Of a DNA stretch of 64,000 bases, positions 30,058-38,857 are shown piece after piece. Source of the DNA: an uncultured delta proteobacterium (GTDB lineage Bacteria; Myxococcota; Myxococcia; Myxococcales; Myxococcaceae); contig CAVZMH010000022.1 in the NCBI GenBank assembly GCA_963776345.1, positions 512,001-576,000 of the forward strand, given 5' to 3'. The notes below the pieces were generated by a model. It did not search any database. It was not told where the DNA came from and saw only the letters and a list, made by a program, of their open reading frames with translations. Made by a program: the position numbers and the translations under genes. Numbering within the stretch: the first letter of the stretch is position 1; the number at the start of each line of letters is the position of its first letter.

Positions 30058-30951
30058 ATGTCCAATAATAGTACGAACGTTCGGTTTTTCTCCAGCCTGC
30101 TCTCCGGCCTCGGGACGGTGTCGCCCCGGGGCGCGGGCCGGCTGGCCTTCGAGCTCTTCTGCCGCACCGGGCCGCGCCGGGTGCCGTCCTTCAGCCCGGC
30201 CCCGGACGCCGTGGAGCACTTCCGGGCGGGCGGGCGCCGCATCGCCAGCTACGTGTGGCAGGGGGGTGGGCCGACGGTGCTCCTGGTCCACGGCTGGAAC
30301 GGCGGCTCGGGCGACCTCGCTCCGTTCATCGGTCCGCTGCGCGACGCCGGCCGCCGGGTGGTGGCCATCGACCTCCCCGGGCACGGGCGATCCCCGGGCA
30401 GGCGCCTCAACCTCGCCATCGCGGTGGCGGCGGTGGAGGCGAGCCTCCGCCGCGAGCCGTCCATCGAGGCGGTCATCGCCCATTCCTTCGGCGTCCCGGC
30501 CACGGTGCTCGCCGCCGGGCGGGGCGCGCCGCTTCCCCGGGCGGTGCTCGTCTCCGGGCCCATCTCGATGGAGGCGTACCTCCAGCGGTTCACGCAGGTG
30601 CTGGCGCTCTCTCCGGTCACGGCCGGCGCGATGCGGGCACGGGTGAAGCGCGTGCTGGAGGAGGGGGGTCTGGAGACGATGGACCTGGGGGTGGTGGCGC
30701 CGCGGCTCCCCGGGCGCGCGCTGGTGATCCACGACCGGGGCGACCGCGAGGTGCCGTTCCTCTCCGCCCAGGCGCTTCATCGAGCCTGGGCCGGCTCGGA
30801 GCTGCTCGCCACCGACGGCCTCGGGCACCGGAGGCTGCTCTCGGACCCGCGCGTCGTCGAGCGGGCCGTGCGGTTCGCGGTGGGGTGGGACCGGACCGCA
30901 GAGGCGCTGGTGCCACCGGCGCCTCCCGAGCTGCGGGTCGTCGCCGGGTGA
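30058..30951 (+). CDS. Alpha/beta hydrolase
   Basis: LLVHGW, DLPGHG, AHSFG nucleophile, HDRGD.EVP, GLGH. Confidence 0.9.
   Translation: MSNNSTNVRFFSSLLSGLGTVSPRGAGRLAFELFCRTGPRRVPSFSPAPDAVEHFRAGGRRIASYVWQGGGPTVLLVHGWNGGSGDLAPFIGPLRDAGRRVVAIDLPGHGRSPGRRLNLAIAVAAVEASLRREPSIEAVIAHSFGVPATVLAAGRGAPLPRAVLVSGPISMEAYLQRFTQVLALSPVTAGAMRARVKRVLEEGGLETMDLGVVAPRLPGRALVIHDRGDREVPFLSAQALHRAWAGSELLATDGLGHRRLLSDPRVVERAVRFAVGWDRTAEALVPPAPPELRVVAG
30067..30087. promoter_or_regulatory. Second putative TetR operator inside the 5' end of the hydrolase CDS
   Basis: AATAGTACGAACGTTCGGTTT matches 29388-29408 at 16 of 21 positions; AT-rich island in a GC-rich gene. Confidence 0.65.
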
Positions 30952-31017
30952 GAGCCGCCCGGCGCCCGGGACACGCGCACCGGCATCTGCCGGAGCGAGC
31001 GACGCGCGCCGCTCCCG

Positions 31018-31431
31018 TCAAGTACCTCGCGCGTCCTCGACCCGATGGCCCGCACCGCGGAGCGCCTCCAGCGCCCTGGCCAGGGTCTCCTCCCGGACGA
31101 GCACCAGATCCGTGTCGAAGGTGGACACGGCGAAGAGCGACACCGCGGCGCGGGCGAGCGGCCCGGTGAGCGCGTGGAGCACCCCAACCTCCTGGAAGGC
31201 GATCGGCCCCTCCAGCTCCAGCGCCCTGAAGCCGCGCTCGGCCCGGACCGCCGACGGGACGCGCTCCTCGGCGCACACCACGCTCAGCTCCCCGGCGCGC
31301 CGGGTGATGGACACCACCCCCGGTCCATCCGCCCAGGGCGGCACCGGCGCCGTCCCGGAGAGGCGGGCCACGGCGAGCAGCCCGGGCAGGACCCGCAGCC
31401 GGAGACCGCGTGCCGGGGGCGCCTCGCTCAG
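31018..31431 (-). CDS. ACT-domain protein (ACT_7/CASTOR-like)
   Basis: SITR...ELSVVC, GVL..L..PLA.A.VSLFAVSTFDTDLVLV; start codon uncertain. Confidence 0.8.
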   Translation of the reverse strand: MSEAPPARGLRLRVLPGLLAVARLSGTAPVPPWADGPGVVSITRRAGELSVVCAEERVPSAVRAERGFRALELEGPIAFQEVGVLHALTGPLARAAVSLFAVSTFDTDLVLVREETLARALEALRGAGHRVEDARGT

Positions 31432-31847
31432 CGGAACCGCCCCGTGGTCCACAGCCCCACCAGCGCCACCAGGAAGTACGCCGGCAGCACCGCCGCGCCG
31501 TTGTAGTCCTTGGCCAGGCGCTGCCCGAAGAAGAGCGCGATGAAGGACGTGGCCGCCAGGGCGATGCCCCAGAAGGCGATGCGCGGCACGCCCAGCACCA
31601 GGAGCTCCACCAGCCCCACTGCGCAGAGGACGCCGGAGGCGACCTCGAGGATGGTCATGGTGACCAGCATCGGCGTCACCACGCCCCGCAGCGGACTCTT
31701 GGAGAAGTGCTGCGTCAGCCAGCCCTGGTTGCCGCGGAAGTCGATCACCTTGTCGATGCCCGACTGGAGGAAGAGGATCGCCAGGAAGAGCGTCGGCAGC
31801 GCCTGCAGCAGCCAGGCGACGATGCGGGGAGAGGACAGGGGGGGCAT
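31428..31847 (-). CDS. DoxX-family membrane protein
   Basis: FLAILFLQSGIDKV.D..GN, FFGQRLAKDY.GA. Confidence 0.8.
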   Translation of the reverse strand: MPPLSSPRIVAWLLQALPTLFLAILFLQSGIDKVIDFRGNQGWLTQHFSKSPLRGVVTPMLVTMTILEVASGVLCAVGLVELLVLGVPRIAFWGIALAATSFIALFFGQRLAKDYNGAAVLPAYFLVALVGLWTTGRFR

Positions 31848-31850
31848 GTC

Positions 31851-33569
31851 TCACCTCTGCTCGAGGAGCAGCTTGCGGACCAGGCGGATGGGCAGCGCGC
31901 CCTGGGCGAGGAACGCGTCGTGGAACTCGCGCAGCGTCCCGCCCTTCTGGCTCAGGTACTCGCGACGCAGCTCGTAGATCTGCAGCTTCCCGTACGTGTA
32001 GTACAGGTACGTCGGGTCGTAGGTGCCGCGCCGCGCCTCCTCGTAGGCGTTGGCCGGCGTCTGGAAGCACTCCTTCACGAAGCGCTCCGCGCCCTGCTCC
32101 ACGGTCAGGGTGGTGGTGTGCAGCTGGATGCCCACCACGAAGCGACAGTCCCGGAGCAGCGCCTCCTCGAGCTGGGCGAGCTTGATGCGCGGGTCGGTGT
32201 CCGAGAAGCCCTCCTCGATGACCATCTGCTCCGCGTAGTGCGCCCAGCCCTCCACGTTGGTGTTGGTGACCAGGAGCTTCCGCACCTTGGTGGGCACGCG
32301 CGGCGTCCAGAGCGCCTGGAGGAAGTGCCCCGGGTAGGCCTCGTGGACGTCGGTCATCGCCAGGATGGGCGTGGCGAAGGCGCGGAGGTGCTCCTCCACC
32401 TGCGCGCTGTTCCAGGTCTCCTCGGGCGGCGTCACGTAGTAGTAGGACTCGGTGGCCTTGGTCTCGTAGGGCCCCGGCGCGTCGAGCGAGGCGAACGAGC
32501 CGTTCCGGGCGTAGGGCGGCGTGGGCTCCACCTTCGGCCGCACCTCCGAGGGGAAGGACACCAGATTCTTGCTGACCACGAACTGGCGCACGCCCTCGAG
32601 CGACCGGCGCACCGAGGGGAGGAGATCCTTCGCCGTCGGATGGTCCGACTGCATCGCCGCCATCACCTGCGCCGCCGTCCTCCGCCGGTCGATGAATTGC
32701 GCCGCCTGGACCGCCGCTTCGTTGTCCGCCTTGAGCTGGGCCTCGCCCTTCGCCAGCAGGGCGTCCAGCGGCTCGGAGACCATCTCCTCGGTCTGCAGCT
32801 TGTCCGCGAAGTAGGCCGGCCCGATCGCCCAGCTCCCGGTGCTCCGGGGCTTCAGCTCCTTCTCCAGGAAGTGGATCCAGTCCTGGGTGGCGGCGAAGGC
32901 GGTGGTGTTGGCGCGGTTGAAGTCCGCCAGGGCCAGCGTGTCGCCCCCGGCCGCCTCCTTGGCCCAGGCCGGGACCGAGTCCTGGAAGAAGCCCAGGGAG
33001 CCGTTGGCCATCCGCAGCGCCAGGTCCGTCCACTCCCTGGGCGGCGTCTTCACGTTCGCCTTGCCCGCGGCGTAGACCGACGGGACCGCCCGGAGCCGCG
33101 CGGTCACCGACTTCAGCCGGTCCGCGCCGGGGGCGAAGTCACGCTTGAGGAGCACGTCGATGCCCTCGCCGGGGATGCGCGAGTAGGTCATCGGGTTCTG
33201 GAGCCGGAACCCCATCTTCTCCCATTCCAGCAAGTCGGCGCGGATGCGCGACTCGAGCGCCTCGAGGTCCACCAGGTCGTCGAAGGGCAGCGCCACCCGC
33301 TCGGTCCACAGCGCCACCGCGCGGTCCAGCATGCCCTGGAGCTTCTGCACGTGGACCGCCACCCGGGGGGCGCCGAAGTCCTCCAGCCGCGGGTCGAGCT
33401 GGTGGAAGCCCATCTGCACGCCGACGGTGGGCTCGAAGCCGTACGCCTCGCCGAAGTAGTCCTCGACGAGCTGCGAGAAGCGCGCCTTCGCCTCCTCGCG
33501 CGACAGCCCGCGACCGTGGGCGCAGGCGAGCAGGCAGAGCAGGGCGAGCGGAAGCGCGGTCCTTTGCAT
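31851..33569 (-). CDS. DUF885-family lipoprotein
   Basis: Lipobox LLAC; HEAYPGH, EGWAHYAE, YLYYTYGK, FHDAFL. Confidence 0.88.
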   Translation of the reverse strand: MQRTALPLALLCLLACAHGRGLSREEAKARFSQLVEDYFGEAYGFEPTVGVQMGFHQLDPRLEDFGAPRVAVHVQKLQGMLDRAVALWTERVALPFDDLVDLEALESRIRADLLEWEKMGFRLQNPMTYSRIPGEGIDVLLKRDFAPGADRLKSVTARLRAVPSVYAAGKANVKTPPREWTDLALRMANGSLGFFQDSVPAWAKEAAGGDTLALADFNRANTTAFAATQDWIHFLEKELKPRSTGSWAIGPAYFADKLQTEEMVSEPLDALLAKGEAQLKADNEAAVQAAQFIDRRRTAAQVMAAMQSDHPTAKDLLPSVRRSLEGVRQFVVSKNLVSFPSEVRPKVEPTPPYARNGSFASLDAPGPYETKATESYYYVTPPEETWNSAQVEEHLRAFATPILAMTDVHEAYPGHFLQALWTPRVPTKVRKLLVTNTNVEGWAHYAEQMVIEEGFSDTDPRIKLAQLEEALLRDCRFVVGIQLHTTTLTVEQGAERFVKECFQTPANAYEEARRGTYDPTYLYYTYGKLQIYELRREYLSQKGGTLREFHDAFLAQGALPIRLVRKLLLEQR

Positions 33570-33583
33570 GGAGGGCCTGCTTA

Positions 33584-34366
33584 CTACGGCAGGCGCCCCG
33601 CCATGTGCCCGCCGTCGATCGGCAGGGCCACCCCGGTGACGAAGGCCGACTCGTCCGAGGCCAGGTAGACCGCCGCCCAGGCCACGTCGTCCGGCTTGCC
33701 CAGCCGCCCGAGCGGGATGTCCCGGGTGAGCACCTTCGCCCCCTGCTGGGGAGTGAGCCCGAGGCCCTGCACGAAGGCGTCCACCATCGGTGACTCGGTC
33801 CACACCGGGCAGAGCGCATTGGCCCGGATGCGGCTCGGGGCGCCCTCGAGCGCCAGCGTCTGGACCAGCTGCAGCACCGCCGCCTTGGTCGGCCCGTAGG
33901 CGCCGAGCATCGGAGTCCCGTGGAGCCCCGCGACCGAGGACATGACCAGGATGCTCCCGCCCCGGTCGCCCTCGCGCATCACCCGCACCGCGTGGCGGGC
34001 GCAGAGGAAGGCCCCGGTGAGGTTCACCTCCACCACCCGCTGCCAGTCCTCGAGCGGCAGGTCGGCCAGGAACCCCGGCGCGCCGATGCCGGCGTTGGCC
34101 ACCATCACGTCGAGCTGGCCCCAGCGCTGCACCGCATCGGCGACGGCGGCCTCCACCTCCGGCTCGCGCGCGACATCCAGCCGGCGCGCCACCGCCCGCG
34201 CCCGGTCCCGCTCGGGAATGGCGGCGACCGTGGCCTCGCAGCCGGCGAGGTTCACGTCGGTCACCAGCACTCGCGCCCCCTCGGCGACGTAGCGCGTGGC
34301 GATGGCCCGGCCCAGGCCCGAGCCGGCGCCCGTCACCACCGCCACCTTCCCCTCCAGCCGCCCCAC
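33584..34366 (-). CDS. SDR-family oxidoreductase (FabG-like)
   Basis: TGAGSGLG, NAG, YGPTK, DGG. Confidence 0.92.
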   Translation of the reverse strand: MGRLEGKVAVVTGAGSGLGRAIATRYVAEGARVLVTDVNLAGCEATVAAIPERDRARAVARRLDVAREPEVEAAVADAVQRWGQLDVMVANAGIGAPGFLADLPLEDWQRVVEVNLTGAFLCARHAVRVMREGDRGGSILVMSSVAGLHGTPMLGAYGPTKAAVLQLVQTLALEGAPSRIRANALCPVWTESPMVDAFVQGLGLTPQQGAKVLTRDIPLGRLGKPDDVAWAAVYLASDESAFVTGVALPIDGGHMAGRLP

Positions 34367-34369
34367 GGC

Positions 34370-34915
34370 CTACAGATGCGCCGAGCGCGCCATCGCCGGC
34401 GCGCCGCCCAGGGCGCGGAGCAGCGAGCCGGTCTCCCAGCTGCCCATGTGCCGTTCGCCGTTGATGAAGATGGTCGGCGTCCCGGTGACGCCGCTGCGCA
34501 CCCCGCCGTCCACCTCGCGCGCCACGTGCGCCCGGTGCGTCCGGGCCTGCAGCTCGCTCGAGAAGCGCTCGAGGTCGAGCCCCAGGTGCTCCGCCAGCGC
34601 CGCCGGATCCACGCCCTCGTCGGCGAGCAGCAGCGCCTGGTGCATCTCCCAGAACTTCCCCTGGACGGCGGCGGCGTGCGCGGCCTCGGCGAGCAGGCCC
34701 GCCTCCGGATGCAGCTCCTCGCGCGGGAAGTGGCGGAAGGCGTAGCGGACGCGGCGTCCGAGCTTCCGCCTCGCCACCTCCATGAAGGCCGAGGCCCGGC
34801 GCGTGTACGGGCAGGTGTAGTCGCCGTACATCAGCAGCGTCAGGGGCGCGTCCGGCGGGCCGAGCACGTGGTCCTCGGGGCCCACGGGGACGACGAGCCG
34901 GGGATGTCGGGCCAT
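34370..34915 (-). CDS. DsbA/thioredoxin-fold protein (CPYT active site)
   Basis: DHVLG..DAP.TL..YGDY.CPY, FRHFP, GV.GTPTIFING. Confidence 0.85.
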   Translation of the reverse strand: MARHPRLVVPVGPEDHVLGPPDAPLTLLMYGDYTCPYTRRASAFMEVARRKLGRRVRYAFRHFPREELHPEAGLLAEAAHAAAVQGKFWEMHQALLLADEGVDPAALAEHLGLDLERFSSELQARTHRAHVAREVDGGVRSGVTGTPTIFINGERHMGSWETGSLLRALGGAPAMARSAHL

Positions 34916-35110
34916 GGCGGACCTCCAGCGCAGCGTGCGGCGGGAGATTGGGCCGGGACCCTGACGCAGCGTGTGACAGTCAGGTGACGGATCCGCAACC
35001 TCCAGAGGTCTCCCCGGGTTGGAACTCCGTGCAATGCAACGAATGCAAGGACGTTCTCTGGACGAGGCGTCGCATGCGAGCAGCTGGCCGGAATTGCTCG
35101 GAGTCGCTGT

Positions 35111-35127
35111 CTGGATCCGGGCTTGCA
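35111..35127 (+). promoter_or_regulatory. Putative sigma54 promoter
   Basis: CTGGATCCGGGCTTGCA has GG-N10-GC spacing and TTGCA. Confidence 0.45.
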
Positions 35128-35163
35128 ATCGATCGGACCGGGCATGCCTCTCGAGGTGCCGTG

Positions 35164-35283
35164 ATGTGGGACAATCGCCCTCCCGTGGTGGACGCTGCGC
35201 TGGTGGCGCTGCTGGTCGCGCTCGCCTTCGACGCTCTCAGCACCCTCCTGGTGTGGGGGCTCATCCAGCACCTGCCGTCCTGA
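35164..35283 (+). CDS. Putative 39-aa single-TM small protein
   Basis: MWDNRPPVVDAALVALLVALAFDALSTLLVWGLIQHLPS; GAGGT RBS; 3' end overlaps the convergent gene. Confidence 0.4.
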   Translation: MWDNRPPVVDAALVALLVALAFDALSTLLVWGLIQHLPS

Positions 35284-36580
35284 GTCTCGCCCCCAGCGTC
35301 TCGCCCAGCGCCCGGGCCTGGGCGCGGAGCTCCGGGATGGCGGTGGACTCCCAGAGGTCGCCGCGCCGGAGCCCTCCCAGCGTCCACAGCCTGTCTCCAA
35401 GTGGCCCGAGCACCGCCCCGTCCGTGGCGGTCGCAAACCCGAGCCCGTGCGGCCCGGGCCGCGCCTGTCCCGAGGCCAGGAGCGAGCGGACCAGCGGGTC
35501 CTCCAGGGAGCGCACGTCCATGGCCGGCCCGGTGGTGGGGATGGCCAGGTCCACGGCGAGGACGGCCAGCGTCCGCGCGCCCCTCGGCCGGTAGCGCACC
35601 ACCATCCGGGCGCCCTGCTCGGCGACGGAGACCACGCGGCCCGCGTGACGCACCAGCCGTCCCTCCGCCTCGAGCGCCGCGATGCGGGCGCCGACCTCCG
35701 GCGCGACCCGGTGCCGAAGCCGCTCGAAGTGGGTGCGAAGGTGCCGGAGGAAGCGCCGTTGCTCCTCGGGCCGGAGCGCGGTCCACAGCGCACCCAGCTC
35801 GGGGCGCAAGCTGTCGAGCACCGCGCGCGGGTCCTCCCGGGCGGCGGCCTCGCGGAACATCCGCACCAGCGCGCCGAGCCGGGCGGGCCTCTGGCCCAGC
35901 GCGACCGGCTCGCTCATCCGTGGCGGGTGCGTGGCCGGGAGCAGGCCGCGGCGGGAGAGCAGGTGAATGCGTCCGCGGTGCCCCCGGGCCTCGAGCGAGA
36001 GCGCCACGTCCAGGGCGGTCAGGCCGGCCCCGAGCAGGAGCACCTCGGCGTCCGGCGCTGGCCAGTCCCCGCCGCTCCAGGGGGAACGCCAGGCGAGCCG
36101 GGGCGGCAGCGCGTCCCAGCCCGGCGGCAGCTCGGGCGGGAAGTTGCCCAGGGCGAGGACCACCGCCCGGGCCGAGAGCGGCGCTCCCCGGGCGAGGTGG
36201 ACCTGCACTCCGCCCGGCCGGGGCGCGAGCGAGACCACCTGGTCCGTCACCCGCTGGACTCGGTCCCCGGCCGACTCCAGCAGCTCGCCGAGGTACGCCC
36301 CGTAGAGCCGCCGCTCGATGAACCTCTCGGGGTCGGCGGGCCCACCGCGCGCGGCGAGCCAGTCCACCAGATGCGAGGGCTGATCCGGAAAGGCGCTCAT
36401 TCGCCCCGCGGGGACGTTGAGCACGTGCACCGGGTCGTCGGTGGAGTACGCCGTGCCGCGGGCGAAGGCGCCGCCGGAGTCCACCAGCGTCACGGGTCCG
36501 AGCCGCGGCACCCCCGCGAGCGCCAGGGCGGTGAGCGTCCCGCCCGCGCCGCCTCCGACGATGACCACTCCGTCCGTCAT
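35261..36580 (-). CDS. FAD/NAD(P)-binding oxidoreductase (NAD_binding_9 type)
   Basis: GGGAGG, RGTAYST..HVLNVPA.RMSA, GAGLTALD, LWESTAIPELR. Confidence 0.85.
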   Translation of the reverse strand: MTDGVVIVGGGAGGTLTALALAGVPRLGPVTLVDSGGAFARGTAYSTDDPVHVLNVPAGRMSAFPDQPSHLVDWLAARGGPADPERFIERRLYGAYLGELLESAGDRVQRVTDQVVSLAPRPGGVQVHLARGAPLSARAVVLALGNFPPELPPGWDALPPRLAWRSPWSGGDWPAPDAEVLLLGAGLTALDVALSLEARGHRGRIHLLSRRGLLPATHPPRMSEPVALGQRPARLGALVRMFREAAAREDPRAVLDSLRPELGALWTALRPEEQRRFLRHLRTHFERLRHRVAPEVGARIAALEAEGRLVRHAGRVVSVAEQGARMVVRYRPRGARTLAVLAVDLAIPTTGPAMDVRSLEDPLVRSLLASGQARPGPHGLGFATATDGAVLGPLGDRLWTLGGLRRGDLWESTAIPELRAQARALGETLGARLRTAGAG

Positions 36581-36607
36581 GCGCTCACCGCGCGCCGGAA
36601 CGGAGCT

Positions 36608-37672
36608 CTACGCGGGCTCGACCGGGACCAGCCACCCGCGGGGGTCCGGCCGCCGCGACCCGAAGAGCTCGGTCAGGGTCCGGTAGAGGCGGTCGGCGAC
36701 CTCGCCGCGTTCGTCCCCGAGCCGCATCGTCTTCTCGCCCCACTGCAGCTCGCCGATGGCGGAGATGGTGGCGGCGGTGCCGGTGCCGAACGCCTCCTTG
36801 AGCTGCCCATGGGCCGAGTGCTCGGCCAGCTCGGCGATGGTCACCGGCCGCTCCTCGACCTTCACCTTCCACTCGCGGAGCAAGGTGAGCACCGAGTCGC
36901 GGGTGACGCCCGCGAGGAGCGAGTCCTCGAGCGGCGGGGTCACCACCGTGTCGCCGATGCGGAAGAAGACGTTCATCGTCCCCGCCTCCTCGACGTAGCG
37001 GTGGGTCTGGTCGAGCCAGAGCACCTGGTGGAAGCCGGCCGCCTTGGCCCGCTCGGAGGCGGCCATGCCCGCGACGTAGTTGGCGCCGGCCTTCGCCGCA
37101 CCGATGCCGCCGCGCGCGGCGCGCACGTGCTCGGTCTCCACCCACAGCCGCAGCGGCGTGGGCCGGGGGCCGAAGTAGTTCCCCACCGGAGAGGTGAGGA
37201 CGTAGAAGAGGTACTGCTTCGCTGGCCGCACCCCGAGGTAGGCCTCGGTGCCGATCATCGTCGGGCGGACGTAGAGCGAGGCGCCGGGCTCGGTCGGAAC
37301 CCAGGACGCGTCCTCGTGGACCACCGCCCGGAGCGCGGCGAGGAACAGCTCCTCGGACACCTCGGGCATGCACAGCCGCCGCGCCGAGGCGTTGATCCGG
37401 CGGGCGTGCATCTGGGGCCGGAAGAGCAGGGGGCCGCGCTCGCCGGCCACCGCCTTCATCCCCTCGAACATCGCCTGCCCGTACTGCAGCGCGCTGGCCG
37501 CGGGGTCCAGCGGCAGCGGGCCGTAGGGGACGACGCGGGCCCCCGTCCAGCTGCGGCCGTCGTGCTCGGCGAGGAAGAGGTGGTCGCTGTAGAACCGGCC
37601 GAAGCCGAGGTCCCCGGCGGGCGGCCGCGGCTTCGGCGTCTTGGTGCGGGTCACTGGGATGTCGAACGCCAT
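36608..37672 (-). CDS. ilvE: Branched-chain amino acid aminotransferase
   Basis: LQYGQAMFEGMKA, AKAGANY, EEAGTMN, LAGVTRDS, GTGTAA. Confidence 0.92.
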   Translation of the reverse strand: MAFDIPVTRTKTPKPRPPAGDLGFGRFYSDHLFLAEHDGRSWTGARVVPYGPLPLDPAASALQYGQAMFEGMKAVAGERGPLLFRPQMHARRINASARRLCMPEVSEELFLAALRAVVHEDASWVPTEPGASLYVRPTMIGTEAYLGVRPAKQYLFYVLTSPVGNYFGPRPTPLRLWVETEHVRAARGGIGAAKAGANYVAGMAASERAKAAGFHQVLWLDQTHRYVEEAGTMNVFFRIGDTVVTPPLEDSLLAGVTRDSVLTLLREWKVKVEERPVTIAELAEHSAHGQLKEAFGTGTAATISAIGELQWGEKTMRLGDERGEVADRLYRTLTELFGSRRPDPRGWLVPVEPA

Positions 37673-37877
37673 CGGCTCTCCTCGGAACTCCGGTCGGTGT
37701 CCCCGGGCGCCGCATATACCGGTGCAGCGCGAAGGAGGCCACCCCCGAACCGCACCCGGGAGGGAACGAGCCGCCGCAAGCGGCCGCCGAACGGGGGTTC
37801 CGTCGACCCTGTTCCGGCCCGGCGTGTCGTGGGCTGTTCTCCCCTGCACACCCGGAGCGGCTTGCCGACCGGTCGGT

Positions 37878-38846
37878 CTAAGGGAGGGTGAGGATCTCCG
37901 CGCCGTCGCGGACCACCAATACCGTGTGCTCCATCTGGGCGGAGCGGAGGCCGTCGGCGGTGACCGCCGTCCAGCCGTCGTTCCAGTGCTTCACGCCCCA
38001 GCTGCCCTCGGTGAGCATCGGCTCGATGGTGAAGATCATCCCCTCTTCCAGGACCGTGGTCGCCGCGGGGTCGTCGAAGTGGGGGATCTGCAGCTCGGTG
38101 TGGAAGATCTCCCCGATGCCGTGGCCGCAGTAGTTGCGGACGACGCCAAATCCATTGGCCGCGGCGTGGGCGGCGATGGCCTGGCCGATGGCGCGGACCT
38201 GGCGGCCGGGCTTCACCGCCTCGATGCCCTTCATCAAAGCCTCCTCCGTCACCCGGAGGAGCTTCTTCGCCGCCTCGTCCACCTCGCCCACGGGGAAGGT
38301 GGCCGAGCAGTCGCCGTGCATGCCCTCGAGGTAGATGGTGACGTCGCAGTTGACGATGTCGCCCTCCTCCAGCGGCCGGTCGTCCGGGATGCCATGCACC
38401 ACCACCTCGTTGACGCTGGTGCACAGGCTCTTCTGGAAACCGTGGTACCCGAGCGTGCTCGGATAGCCGCCGCGGGCGAGGTAGGCGGCGTGGGCGACGG
38501 CGTCGAGCCCGTCGGTGGTCACGCCCGGCTTCACCTGCGCGCCGGTCTCTCGAAGGACCTGGGCGGCGGCCCGGCAGGCGCGGCGCATCCGCTCGAGCCG
38601 GGTGGCGGGGTCCCCGCGGACGCCCCTGCCCGGGCGGCCCGAGGGCACGTAGTCGGGGCGGGGAATCTCGGGCGGCACGGCGCGCACCGGCGAGATGCGG
38701 CCCGGCTTCACCCTGCGCACGCGCGGCGTCGTCCCCCCGGAGCGGGCGTCCGCCTCGCGGTGGCACTTCTTGTACTTGAGCCCGCTCCTGCACCAGCAGG
38801 GGTCGTTCGGGCCCGGGCGGGCGCTGGTGAGCTGCGGCGTGTTCAC
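37878..38846 (-). CDS. map: Type I methionyl aminopeptidase with N-terminal SEC-C zinc motif
   Basis: PNDPCWCRSGLKYKKCH; CTSVNEVVVHGIP, GHGIG..FH, FTIEPM, SAQMEHT. Confidence 0.92.
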   Translation of the reverse strand: MNTPQLTSARPGPNDPCWCRSGLKYKKCHREADARSGGTTPRVRRVKPGRISPVRAVPPEIPRPDYVPSGRPGRGVRGDPATRLERMRRACRAAAQVLRETGAQVKPGVTTDGLDAVAHAAYLARGGYPSTLGYHGFQKSLCTSVNEVVVHGIPDDRPLEEGDIVNCDVTIYLEGMHGDCSATFPVGEVDEAAKKLLRVTEEALMKGIEAVKPGRQVRAIGQAIAAHAAANGFGVVRNYCGHGIGEIFHTELQIPHFDDPAATTVLEEGMIFTIEPMLTEGSWGVKHWNDGWTAVTADGLRSAQMEHTVLVVRDGAEILTLP

Positions 38847-38857
38847 GGCGGACCCAT

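Noticed and set aside
35084..35098. sigma54-like TGGCCGGAATTGC
   Set aside because: GG-to-GC spacing is 8 nt rather than the required 10.
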